A DNA stretch of 64,000 bases. Source: Planctomycetota bacterium (lineage in GTDB: Bacteria > Planctomycetota > GCA-002687715 > CAIWVZ01). The notes under the pieces were generated by a model. That model did no database searches. It was given only the letters and a program-made list of their open reading frames with translations, and was not told the origin of the DNA. The translations under genes were made by a program, and so were the position numbers. Shown here in pieces: positions 17,577 to 26,824 of this stretch; positions within the stretch are counted from its first letter, which is position 1, and each line of letters starts with the position of its first letter. The DNA is taken from NCBI GenBank assembly GCA_044222185.1, contig JBGANV010000008.1, positions 224,001 through 288,000 of the forward strand. Reading direction: 5' to 3'.

Positions 17577-20500
17577 TCACGGCCAACCGAACGTGATCGA
17601 CGTCTCCGCGTTGGCCGTCAGGATCGCCTGCTTCGTCTCCGGCGCCGTGTCGGGCTTCTTCAGCGTGACCGAGTAGTTCCCGGGCGGGAGCGGAATCGAA
17701 TACTGCGGCTTGATGAGCGACGTGATCGCCCAGATGCGCTCGCCCGTCGGATCCACCACTTCGAGAGTCGAGGGGCCGCGCCCGCCGTGCGTAGCCGCCG
17801 CCGGCCCCGGGCTCAGGTTGATCAAGAGCACGCCCGCCGTCACCACGGGAATCGTCGCCTCGACGTCGCCGCCGGCAGCGGGAGTGGCCAGAGGCTTTCC
17901 GATCGGAGTCGCATACGGGATGCGCTCTCGCCCGTTCACGTCGAGCACGCAGACGCGATACCGCTTGCCAGCACCGAGACCAGCCATCACGAACGTGCCG
18001 TCCGACGACAGACGCACGTACTCGCCGACGCTGACTCCCACCTCGTAGAACGCCACCACGGCCGAGTGGAACGGGACTGCCGTATCGACGGTGACCGTCC
18101 CATGAAGCGTCACTCCGCGTCGAGCGAGGATCCGGCGCGTCACGACCTTCCCAGCGAGAACCTCGATCGACATCGGAGGCGGCGGCGTGTAGCCGGCAAT
18201 CTGGATCCGCACGGTGTAGGTGCCGGCCGTCAGGTCCGCGAGGTGATACACCCCGAGACTCCGAGACGTCGGCTCGACCCCGTCGCCATCGCCGGCCACC
18301 GCGACGAACGCATTCGACACGGGGCGACCCGAGTCGGCGTCGGTGATGACGAGTTGCAGCGCGCCGAGCGACGGCGCCGCGCGGGGTCGCGGCACGGTGA
18401 TCGTGACCTCGCCCCCGTCGGTCTGGACGCCGCGAACGTCGGCGGCGCCCCACCGGAACCCGTCCACGGGTCGGGCACCGACGTAGTACGGCCCTGGCGG
18501 CAGTCCGCCGATTCGAAACCGCCCGTCCGGCGCCGTGCCGATTCCCCAATATTGCGGCGGGGGATTCGAGTGATCTCCGCCGCGCTCCCAGACCGCGTCG
18601 AAGGCGGAGGCCTCGGGCAGGCGTCCGTCGACGACGAGCACGCGGGCGTCAGGTACGAGCGCCCCGTCCTCGTCCACCACGCGCCCGAAGACCGCGTGCG
18701 CGCGCGCAAGCTTGACGACGACTTCCGCCTGAGGTTCCTCGTCCGTCATGATCGGCTCGGACTCACCGAGCGCGAAGCCCGGAGCATCCGCATAGATCGT
18801 CGCGGGACTCGGCGTTCGGTCAGGCCAACCATACGCGTAGCCCAGCCGCGCGCACCCGTCCATCCCCGTGTGCGTGAGTGAGTCCGCAACCGCGCCAGCC
18901 AAGATGAAGCGGTTGAACGAGACGGTCGCCCCGGCGATCGGCCGACCCTGCTCGTCCACGACGCGCACGGGCACCGGCATGACCGGGAACAGCCGGATGT
19001 CGGGCGCCTGGGTCGTCGTGCCACGCCTCACCGCGACGGTGACCGTCGATTGGACGCCGGCCATCAGCCCACTGGAGAATCCGCCCACCGCCACGTCGAC
19101 GGAATCGGCGGAGCCCACCCGGACGCCGTCGAACACGTAGCGGCCGTCGCGATCGGACGTCACGCGGCCGTGGTTTTCGGCAAATGCTGGGGGAAGTTGC
19201 GAGTTGCGGTCGATCCCGTCGCTGCGTGAGACGCGCGCGAAGCGTGCCGGCGACCCGTCAGCCTCGAGCACGCGCCCCTCGATGCGCGCGCAGCGGAAGA
19301 GCTGTATGTCGAGCGTGGCCGTGGACTCGTTGCCCGCCAACTCCGGCAGCCGGAGCTCGGTCGAGTATCCCGGAGCCGACGCAGCGAGAGCGGGCGCTCC
19401 CGAACCAACCGGACCACGAGGCCTGATCGAGGAGAACGTGTCGTCGCACGAAATCCCCGAGAGCACGAACGTGCCGTCGTTCCCCGCATCCGTTTCGATG
19501 AGGCCACGGATGGGGAGCGCGTCTTGGATCCAGTTGTGGCGCGTGCCCGCATGACCGAACCGCACCGTCTCGGACCAGCACGCGACGTGCGCGGAAGGTA
19601 TCGGCTTGCCCGTCTCGCCGTCGACGACACGCCCGCGGACCGTGGCACCACGCCCCAGAGTGATCGGCAGCTGCACCTCTCGCGTGGGTGAGGGAAACGG
19701 GCTGCGCAGCGTCGTGGTCGCGAAGCCCTCCGCGCGCACCTCGACGCCGTCGAACGGAGGCTCCCACACCATCACGCGCAGGTCGTCGTCGATGATGTCG
19801 GTCACGACGTAGCTTCCGTCGGGGGCCGATCGGCCGTCGCGCTCGACGATCACCCCCGAAAGGACGCACTGCCAACGGACCAGGGCCCCGCCGATCGCAT
19901 GTCCTTCGGCATCGCGCACCGTCCCCCGGATGGTGGCGGGCCTTCCGAGGGTGACGGTCACGTCATCGCCGAGGTGATGTGTTTCACCGACGACCGGGCC
20001 GAAGCCTTGTGCCTCCGCGAAGACGTAGAGCGACGGACTCGCCTGCCCGGGTTGGAGCCGGAAGCGGCCCTGGGCGTCCGTGACGCAGACGCGAACGCGG
20101 CCCTTGGGGTCGTCCACCGTACGCGCCGTCACCAGCGTCCTCGTGTCGCTCCCGTACATGACGACGCGTGCACCGGGCACGGGCTTGCCGTCGGGGTCGA
20201 CCACGCGCCCGGAGAGCGACGTCGGATCTGGATCGGGCACCAGTGGAACGGCTGCGATGCGTCCGCCAGCGGACGTCGGGTCGGCCGCGACCTCGCCCAC
20301 GCGCGAGTCCTCCTCGCCGGCGGGCCGCGCCCCGGGGGGCCCGGACGTTGTCTCGATCGTCGGGTTTCGCAGATGCCAGAGCGCGACCCCACCGAGGATG
20401 AGCAGGACCAGCCCCGTCAGCGCGGCCTTCGTCCCCGCGGCGCCCGCCGCGCCACCGGTCAGCGTGTGCCCCGCAGTCCCCCGAGGTCCCATGAGCGTCA

Positions 20501-21029
20501 CGAGGGGGCCGAGCGTCGCCTTCCACGCAGCGCCACGATCACGCTCGAGGCGCTCACGGAGTCTGTCCAACCCGCGAGCGAGGCGACTGCGAATGGTCGC
20601 GGGCGGCTCGCCCAGGTGTTCCCCGATCTGCATGGGAGTCAGTTCGCCGAAGAACCGCAGGAGGATCGTCGACCGATAGGGCTCCTCGAGCTCGAGGACG
20701 AGGCTCGTGAGCCGGCGATGCTGGTCCGCGCGCTCGGCGAGTTCCGCGGTCGACGGAACGATGTCAGCGCGCCGGGCAGCGTCCTCGCGGCGGTCCCGTC
20801 GGACTCGGGTGCGATGGGCCATGCGGGCCAGATTCCGGATCACCGCGGCGAACCAGGATCGGAACGCCAGTCCCTGAGGTGGAGCACCCCCGAGGGTCGC
20901 CAGCGCAGCCGTCTGGACGATGTCCTCAGCCAGTTGCTCGTCACCGACGAGGCTTCGCGCCAGGGCATAGGCCCACGATCCATTGGACAAGAGAGCTTGC
21001 AGGTCAGGTGTGCGAGGTGCGCCGCCCAT
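17577..21029 (-). CDS. ECF sigma-70 factor fused to a TM helix and multiple carboxypeptidase-regulatory-like (CnaB/transthyretin-type) repeats
   Basis: Region 2 LARSLVGDEQLAEDIVQ...FRSWFAAVIRNLA; region 4 LEEPYRSTILLRFFGELTPMQIG..LG.PPATIRSRLARG; a TM helix; repeated GRVVDxDGxP(V/I)xGAxV...TDxxGxF units. Confidence 0.9.
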   Translation of the reverse strand: MGGAPRTPDLQALLSNGSWAYALARSLVGDEQLAEDIVQTAALATLGGAPPQGLAFRSWFAAVIRNLARMAHRTRVRRDRREDAARRADIVPSTAELAERADQHRRLTSLVLELEEPYRSTILLRFFGELTPMQIGEHLGEPPATIRSRLARGLDRLRERLERDRGAAWKATLGPLVTLMGPRGTAGHTLTGGAAGAAGTKAALTGLVLLILGGVALWHLRNPTIETTSGPPGARPAGEEDSRVGEVAADPTSAGGRIAAVPLVPDPDPTSLSGRVVDPDGKPVPGARVVMYGSDTRTLVTARTVDDPKGRVRVCVTDAQGRFRLQPGQASPSLYVFAEAQGFGPVVGETHHLGDDVTVTLGRPATIRGTVRDAEGHAIGGALVRWQCVLSGVIVERDGRSAPDGSYVVTDIIDDDLRVMVWEPPFDGVEVRAEGFATTTLRSPFPSPTREVQLPITLGRGATVRGRVVDGETGKPIPSAHVACWSETVRFGHAGTRHNWIQDALPIRGLIETDAGNDGTFVLSGISCDDTFSSIRPRGPVGSGAPALAASAPGYSTELRLPELAGNESTATLDIQLFRCARIEGRVLEADGSPARFARVSRSDGIDRNSQLPPAFAENHGRVTSDRDGRYVFDGVRVGSADSVDVAVGGFSSGLMAGVQSTVTVAVRRGTTTQAPDIRLFPVMPVPVRVVDEQGRPIAGATVSFNRFILAGAVADSLTHTGMDGCARLGYAYGWPDRTPSPATIYADAPGFALGESEPIMTDEEPQAEVVVKLARAHAVFGRVVDEDGALVPDARVLVVDGRLPEASAFDAVWERGGDHSNPPPQYWGIGTAPDGRFRIGGLPPGPYYVGARPVDGFRWGAADVRGVQTDGGEVTITVPRPRAAPSLGALQLVITDADSGRPVSNAFVAVAGDGDGVEPTSRSLGVYHLADLTAGTYTVRIQIAGYTPPPPMSIEVLAGKVVTRRILARRGVTLHGTVTVDTAVPFHSAVVAFYEVGVSVGEYVRLSSDGTFVMAGLGAGKRYRVCVLDVNGRERIPYATPIGKPLATPAAGGDVEATIPVVTAGVLLINLSPGPAAATHGGRGPSTLEVVDPTGERIWAITSLIKPQYSIPLPPGNYSVTLKKPDTAPETKQAILTANAETSITFGWP

Positions 21030-21172
21030 GGTTGGCCCTAGGGTTGCCGTCCGTGACCTGAACGTTGCAGGGTTTCCCCCGATGTCCGCCGTGACGCACC
21101 GGACCTCGGACGACGCCCCTGAGCCGCGATCCTCCGCGTGGGGAGGGCGGGCTCGCGTCGTAGGCTGCGCGC

Positions 21173-23776
21173 ATGGTGATCAAACACTCCATCGGCTTGA
21201 CGGCAGCGAGTTTACTCATCCTCGTGGTCGCTTGTTCGGTGTCGGCGTCGCATGAACCGGCGGCCCCGGCGGACGACGCGTCAGAGACGTCGTTCGCGGC
21301 ACCCGACGGCCCGCTGGGCTCACAGGCGCACCTCGATCGCGTGATGACGAGTGCCTGGTGCGGCAAGTGCCACCCGACGTTCGAGGCGGAGAACGCCCAG
21401 AACACGCATGGCCGCGCCTTTTTCGACCCCGAGGCACGCGCGGCGACGCATGGCTTCCGTCGCGAGGATTGCCTCCGCTGTCACACGCCGCGTCCCGTGT
21501 TCGAGACGGGCATCGGCCTGACGCCCATGCAGCGCTGGACCGACCTCGAGGAGGGCAACAACTGCATGTCTTGCCACTGGAAACCGGACTACGACTACTC
21601 CCGGTTTGCCGGCGGCGCGCAATGCAAGACGGCATTCGATCCGCGCGTCGGCACCGTCCAGGCGTGCGCATCGTGCCACCGGATCGGCGGGACGCCCGAT
21701 CAATGGTCCCGCGCCGAGCATGGCCAGGTCGCAGGCAACCTGTGCATCGATTGTCACATGCCGCTCGTCGATCGCCCCGTCGCCGTCGGCGAGCCGGCGC
21801 GCCCCGTCCGTGCGCACGTCTTCCCCGCATCCCATTCCGATGCGCAGCTCCACCGAGCCGCCGGCTACTCGGCGACGATCGAGGGGAACGAGGTCGTGGT
21901 CCGCGTCACCAATCGAGGCGCGGGGCACAACTTTCCCACGGCATCGCGGCAGCGGGCCGTGGAGTCGGTCGTCACGGTCCGTGACCTGGACGGCAAGGTG
22001 ATCGGCACGTCACGCCTCGTCTCCCGCTACCCATACGCGCAGGAGCTGGAACCGGGGCAGATGACCATGCCCGTCTCCACGCAGATCCCGTCGGGGAAAT
22101 CCCGTGAACAACGCGTCCCCCTCACGGTCGCGCGAGGCACGATCGAATGCGAGTTGTTCTTCAAGCTCTATCGACCCGTCGACGATCACCATCCAACCCT
22201 CTCGCGCCGGCTGGAGACCATCAGACTCCCGTTTTCCATCGAGAACCCGTCGAACGAGCAGATCAAGGACGCGCCGAACACCGGGTTCCCGGCGCCGGCA
22301 GCCAGCCTCGAGGACTATTTCAGCCCCACGGGCTTCGCGAACGTCGCCCGTCCGGCGCCGGGCAGCCGACCGGTCGTGATCCCCGAGGGGCGCACGCCAG
22401 CCGACCTCGCGCGCCTCGTCTCGCTGCTCGAGTTCCACATGCCAGAGGCCCGCGCTCGGGCACGCGAGCAGCTCGAACGCCTGGGGCCGACGGCGTACCC
22501 CGCCCTCATCTCGGCCATGGGCGACTGGAGCAACGAGACCTACAACCAGGCCATGGAGCTGCTGGTCAAAGCCGGCGAGCCGGCCGTCCCGGCGCTGCGC
22601 GAGGCCTTGGCGAGCCCAGAGCTCTACATCCGCTGCCACGCCCGTTTCGTGCTCGCGCGAATCCTCCGAACGGGTGATCGTGCGGGGATCCGACCCAGGC
22701 TCGAGGCGGATCTGTCGGCACGCGAGCCTCTCGATCGGCGGTCTGCAGCCGAAGCCCTCACCATGCTCGGCGACCCGGCGTGCGCTCCCTCGCTGCGGCC
22801 GCTCCTGGGCGACCGCGATTGGGACGTGGTCAGCGCGGCTGCCACGGCCCTCGCGCGCTTCGACGATCGGGCATCGGTCGCGGCGATCCGCGCCGCGCTC
22901 GATCGCGCGAGCTACCCGGAATCGCGCCGCGACCTCGCCCGCGCGCTTTGCGAGCTGGGTGATCCCACGGGCGCACCGGTCCTCCTCGACGGACTCAGCG
23001 GCGCCGATGACCTCACGCGCTCGCTCTCGTTCGACGCGTTCTTCGCCGTGACGGGGATGCACGAATCGTTCGATCCGGGTCTCCCCGATCCCGTGCGGCT
23101 CGAATCGCTCGCGCACCTGCGCGGCACGTGGGAGGAGCTGGGCGGCGCGGCCATGCTCCGCCGACCGCACCGGCCCGACCCCATCGCCCACACCCATGCG
23201 GACGAACTCGTCGCACATCTGGGCGGTGGCTCCGACACCGAACCCGGCGGCGATGACGAGCGAATCATGAACGAACTCGTTCAGATGGGAGCCGACGCGG
23301 TGCCCGCACTCGTCGACGGTCTCGCGTATCCGACGGGTTGGGCGGAGAAGCGGGCCCGCATTTGCGAGGTGCTCGGACGGATCGGTTCCAAGGACGCCGC
23401 CCCCGGGTTGATCGCGGTGCTCCGAGATCCCGTGCTGCCGGTCGCCGACTGGGCGTGTTGGGCCCTGGAGCAATGTGGAGATCCCGCCGCCATGCCCGCG
23501 CTCTCACGGTTCCAGGCGCGGGTCGTCGGCCTGAAGTCCGACGAGGAACATGCCGCCGCCTCGGACCGCATGCTCGCGCGGCTCGCTCGGGCCCGGCTCG
23601 CGCTGGGTGATGCCTCCGCACGGTCCACTCTCGTGAATCTGCTGCTCTCGGACAGTGAACCCGCGCGCGAGATCGCCATCCGGGCGCTCTCGGATCGCGA
23701 GGGCGATTCGCGCGGTTACGACCCGGCGGCCAGCGCCTCCAATCGTCTGGAGGCGGTGCAGCGCTGGATGAAGTGA
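21173..23776 (+). CDS. Pentaheme cytochrome c fused to HEAT/PBS-lyase repeats, probable lipoprotein
   Basis: Lipobox-like LVVAC; CGKCH, CLRCH, CMSCH, CASCH, CIDCH; VTNRGAGHNFPT. The C-terminal half has HEAT repeats (AAEALTMLGD, VVSAAATALARFDD, ACWALEQCGD). Confidence 0.9.
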   Translation: MVIKHSIGLTAASLLILVVACSVSASHEPAAPADDASETSFAAPDGPLGSQAHLDRVMTSAWCGKCHPTFEAENAQNTHGRAFFDPEARAATHGFRREDCLRCHTPRPVFETGIGLTPMQRWTDLEEGNNCMSCHWKPDYDYSRFAGGAQCKTAFDPRVGTVQACASCHRIGGTPDQWSRAEHGQVAGNLCIDCHMPLVDRPVAVGEPARPVRAHVFPASHSDAQLHRAAGYSATIEGNEVVVRVTNRGAGHNFPTASRQRAVESVVTVRDLDGKVIGTSRLVSRYPYAQELEPGQMTMPVSTQIPSGKSREQRVPLTVARGTIECELFFKLYRPVDDHHPTLSRRLETIRLPFSIENPSNEQIKDAPNTGFPAPAASLEDYFSPTGFANVARPAPGSRPVVIPEGRTPADLARLVSLLEFHMPEARARAREQLERLGPTAYPALISAMGDWSNETYNQAMELLVKAGEPAVPALREALASPELYIRCHARFVLARILRTGDRAGIRPRLEADLSAREPLDRRSAAEALTMLGDPACAPSLRPLLGDRDWDVVSAAATALARFDDRASVAAIRAALDRASYPESRRDLARALCELGDPTGAPVLLDGLSGADDLTRSLSFDAFFAVTGMHESFDPGLPDPVRLESLAHLRGTWEELGGAAMLRRPHRPDPIAHTHADELVAHLGGGSDTEPGGDDERIMNELVQMGADAVPALVDGLAYPTGWAEKRARICEVLGRIGSKDAAPGLIAVLRDPVLPVADWACWALEQCGDPAAMPALSRFQARVVGLKSDEEHAAASDRMLARLARARLALGDASARSTLVNLLLSDSEPAREIAIRALSDREGDSRGYDPAASASNRLEAVQRWMK

Positions 23777-23868
23777 GGCGATCGGACCCCGAACCGATCG
23801 TCGGCATCACACGGTCGCCGGCTGGGGATTGCGACGATCAGGCGACCGTTCCGCACCTCGCGGCCCGC

Positions 23869-24010
23869 TGGTATCTTCGCGGCCACGGCGCTCGGGGCGC
23901 CTGCAATCCGCGCAAAGGGCCAAGCCCACCCGAAGTGCTCTCGTCTGGCGACTCGTTCCTCCTTTCGGCCGGTGATGCGGATGCCGGACCCAGTCCGAGA
24001 GGAGTCCCTC
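23869..24010 (+). promoter_or_regulatory. Extended -10 promoter and structured 5' leader (candidate translational cis-regulator)
   Basis: TG-g-TATCTT at 23869-23877. CUCCUUUCGG (23959-68) pairs over 10 bp with CCGAGAGGAG (23995-24004), which contains the RBS. An alternative helix forms between 23906-12 and 23976-82. Confidence 0.5.
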
Positions 24011-25516
24011 ATGCCCGTTCGAAAGCTCCCGTCCGCACCCAGCCTCGAGCACCTCAAGAACCAGGCAAAGGATCTGCAGCGCCGAGTGGAGGCCGCCGAT
24101 CCAGACGCCCTTGCCGACGCGCGAGAGTTCGACCCGCGGTTCGCTTCCGCGACCGCCACCACGACCTTCACCCGCACGCGGGCACAGCTCGTCGTCGCGC
24201 GCCGCTTCGGCTTTGCGAGCTGGAACGCGCTGCGGCGCCACGTGGAGTTCGTCAGGGAGAACACCCGCACCCCGCACGTCGAGCCGCAAACGCCTGACCG
24301 GGATCCAGCGGATCGATTCCTTCGCCTCGCATGCCTGCGTTACGGCGGCGATCGACCCGAACGCAGGAACGAGGCGAGGCTCATGTTGGATCGCACGCCG
24401 TCGCTCGCGGCCGCATCGATCCACGCGAGTGCGGCGGCGGGGGACGTCGCAGCCTCGCGCGCGATCCTCGGCGCCGACCCGTCGCTGGCGAATCGACAGG
24501 GCGGCCCTTTCGGTTGGCCCCCGATTCTCTACCTGGCGTACTCGCGCCTGCCGTCCGAGGACGGCGGCCGATCGACGCTCGATGTGGCGCGACTCCTGCT
24601 GGATCACGGTGCGGATCCAAACGCGGGGTTCCTCTGGGACGGGCTCCCTTCGCCTTTCACCGCGCTTGCCGGTGTCTTGGGCGGCGGCGAACGGGATGAA
24701 CCACCCCATCCGCAGGCGCAGGCCCTCGCCCGAATGCTGCTCTCGGCGGGCGCGGACCCGAACGACGGCCAGGCTCTCTACAATCGCCAGTTCGGCGCGG
24801 CGAACGATCATCTCGAGCTGCTGTTCGAATTCGGGCTGGGCGGCAAGCCCAAGGGACGCTGGCACGCCCAGCTCGGACCGGCGCTCGCGTCGCCGCAGCA
24901 GATGCTCGAGGATCAGATGCTCTGGGCCGCGTCACGAAACATGCCGGCAAGGGTGGGACTTCTCCTGCGGCAGGGTGTGAGTCCTGACGGCCTCGGAACG
25001 AGCCACCCGGTGCATCACGGGCGCACCGCGCGGCAACTCGCCGTGCTCAACGGCCACACGCAGATCGCCGTGATGTTCGCCGAGGCAAGGCCCGCGGCAC
25101 CCATGGATCCGCTGATCGTTTTCACGGGCGCGTGCATGCAGGCCGATGCGACGCAGGTCGACGCCCTGCTGCACGACGATCCGACGCTGCTGGATCGTCT
25201 CCGGTCCGTCGCGCCTCACCTCGTGATCCGCGCGGCGGAGGCCGGACGGCCCGCCGTGGTCCGCTTCCTCGTGGGTCTGGGATTCGACGTGAATGCGTTC
25301 GTCGGGCAGACGGCGCTGCACGCCGCGGCTGGTTCGGGTCATCTCGAGACCGTTCGAACGCTGGTCGAGCTCGGGGGCGATCCCAACCGCCGTGACGTGC
25401 GCTTCCACGCGACGCCGCTGGGATGGGCGCAGCACCTCGGTCGCGCCGACGTCGCCGCGTGGCTCGCCGGCCGGACGAAGGACGACCTCGATCCCAACCG
25501 CGGAACGCCCGACTGA
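24011..25516 (+). CDS. Ankyrin repeat protein with N-terminal LPxxPSLEHLKxQAKxL...ARxxGFASW helical domain
   Basis: GAGGAG RBS; ankyrin motifs LLLDHGADPN, LLSAGADPND, TALHAAAGSGHLETVRTLVELGGDPN, TPLGWA. Confidence 0.9.
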   Translation: MPVRKLPSAPSLEHLKNQAKDLQRRVEAADPDALADAREFDPRFASATATTTFTRTRAQLVVARRFGFASWNALRRHVEFVRENTRTPHVEPQTPDRDPADRFLRLACLRYGGDRPERRNEARLMLDRTPSLAAASIHASAAAGDVAASRAILGADPSLANRQGGPFGWPPILYLAYSRLPSEDGGRSTLDVARLLLDHGADPNAGFLWDGLPSPFTALAGVLGGGERDEPPHPQAQALARMLLSAGADPNDGQALYNRQFGAANDHLELLFEFGLGGKPKGRWHAQLGPALASPQQMLEDQMLWAASRNMPARVGLLLRQGVSPDGLGTSHPVHHGRTARQLAVLNGHTQIAVMFAEARPAAPMDPLIVFTGACMQADATQVDALLHDDPTLLDRLRSVAPHLVIRAAEAGRPAVVRFLVGLGFDVNAFVGQTALHAAAGSGHLETVRTLVELGGDPNRRDVRFHATPLGWAQHLGRADVAAWLAGRTKDDLDPNRGTPD

Positions 25517-25518
25517 AA

Positions 25519-25989
25519 TCAGCCGCCCGATGACGCGCCCTGTTGGCGGCGCCACGTGAGCGCCACGAGCCAGAACGCGAAGAGCTGGATCAGCTCCGGC
25601 ACCTCGGGCGCGCAGTCGACCATCGCGCGCCGGGTGAACGCGTGCGCAGGTCGGATCACCCCGAGCTGCCGCCCGTTCGAGTGGAGCCGGTAGGAGCGCG
25701 TGAACGCGCTCTCGGCATCGAGGTCCAACGCGATCCCGGACGCCTGGATCTCGAACTTCCGGTAGAACGCGCTCGGCTTCACGGCCTCCGCATAGCGCTC
25801 GCCATTCCGTTCGACGGCCCACCGCGCGGTGAACAGGCCCGCCTTGCGCACGTCGAACTCGGCCCCGGCGCAACTGAGGCTCCCCTGCTCGCTGACCCAT
25901 CGATACCGGAGATAAGCGGGACCGGACGTGGCGCCATCCGCGCGGAAGTCCCAACTGCAGACGGATACCGGGATCAAGGTCAGAGTCAT
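25519..25989 (-). CDS. Hypothetical protein (possibly tubby-C/LURP-like fold)
   Basis: Beta-rich 156-aa ORF with repeated SAFxR motifs and a C-terminal hydrophobic helix (PELIQLFAFWLV). Start overlaps the upstream stop (ATGA). Confidence 0.65.
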   Translation of the reverse strand: MTLTLIPVSVCSWDFRADGATSGPAYLRYRWVSEQGSLSCAGAEFDVRKAGLFTARWAVERNGERYAEAVKPSAFYRKFEIQASGIALDLDAESAFTRSYRLHSNGRQLGVIRPAHAFTRRAMVDCAPEVPELIQLFAFWLVALTWRRQQGASSGG

Positions 25990-26771
25990 GATCTTCGGGA
26001 CGAGCGCAAGAGGTGGAGCTTGTTTCCCTGCCGTGTGTCGAGCGGACGCTTCAAACCGGTCGCGAACATCTCCATCGAGCGCGGAAGCTCGGGAACACGC
26101 AGGCCCGCGGAGGCCAGGTAGGTTGCCGTCATGTTGTTGCAGTTGCAGCGCGCGACACCGATCGAGAGGTCGATGGTCCCACTTCCGAAGAGCGCGCGCT
26201 CCGCGCCTCCGGCGTCCATGATCTCATTCCAGAAGTCGAAGGCGGCAGCAATCGCTTCGGCGGCCGAGAGCGCGTCGTCCGCCGGTACCGGCAGGTAGGC
26301 AAACGGAGGATCGGGCGCGGCGGCATCCATGAGATTCACCATGCGGGCCCAGGTGCGGAACGCGGTTGCGGGCTCCATCGGTCTGCCGTCGGATGTGACG
26401 AAGGCGCCGAAGCGGCTCACGGCCCCATCGGCCGGACGAAACGCGTCGAGGGAAATCCAAGCGAGCCCGTTCCCGAACGTGATCGCGACGGACGTGTGGA
26501 CGGCGATCTTGCCGAACATCTGGTACGTCGCCGCGCGCCCCGTCTCGTCGAGTCCGCCGAACAGCCGATCCCAGTCGCTCTTCTTGAAGACGAGTTGCGT
26601 CGCGCCGACGTAGATCGTCGACGGCGGCCCGAACTGCTTCGTGAGGTCGCGTACGGCATCCGCTGCCGTGCGTGGAGGAACGGCGGCGACCGGCCGCTCG
26701 GGAACCAAGTCCCCGCCGGCCCCGAAACAGGCGAGCAGGAGAACGCAGATCGAGCCGGTCGCGTATGCCAT
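25986..26771 (-). CDS. Exported hypothetical protein, possible permuted papain-like (His...Cys) enzyme
   Basis: TATGAT -10 and GAGG precede ATG 26771. Signal/lipoprotein-like N-terminus; motifs AVHTSVAI and CNCNNMTATYLASAGL. Confidence 0.55.
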   Translation of the reverse strand: MAYATGSICVLLLACFGAGGDLVPERPVAAVPPRTAADAVRDLTKQFGPPSTIYVGATQLVFKKSDWDRLFGGLDETGRAATYQMFGKIAVHTSVAITFGNGLAWISLDAFRPADGAVSRFGAFVTSDGRPMEPATAFRTWARMVNLMDAAAPDPPFAYLPVPADDALSAAEAIAAAFDFWNEIMDAGGAERALFGSGTIDLSIGVARCNCNNMTATYLASAGLRVPELPRSMEMFATGLKRPLDTRQGNKLHLLRSSRRS

Positions 26772-26824
26772 CGATGCCTCGTGAACGGGGGTGATCATAC
26801 GCGCAACCGGAGATCCCGCCCGGT

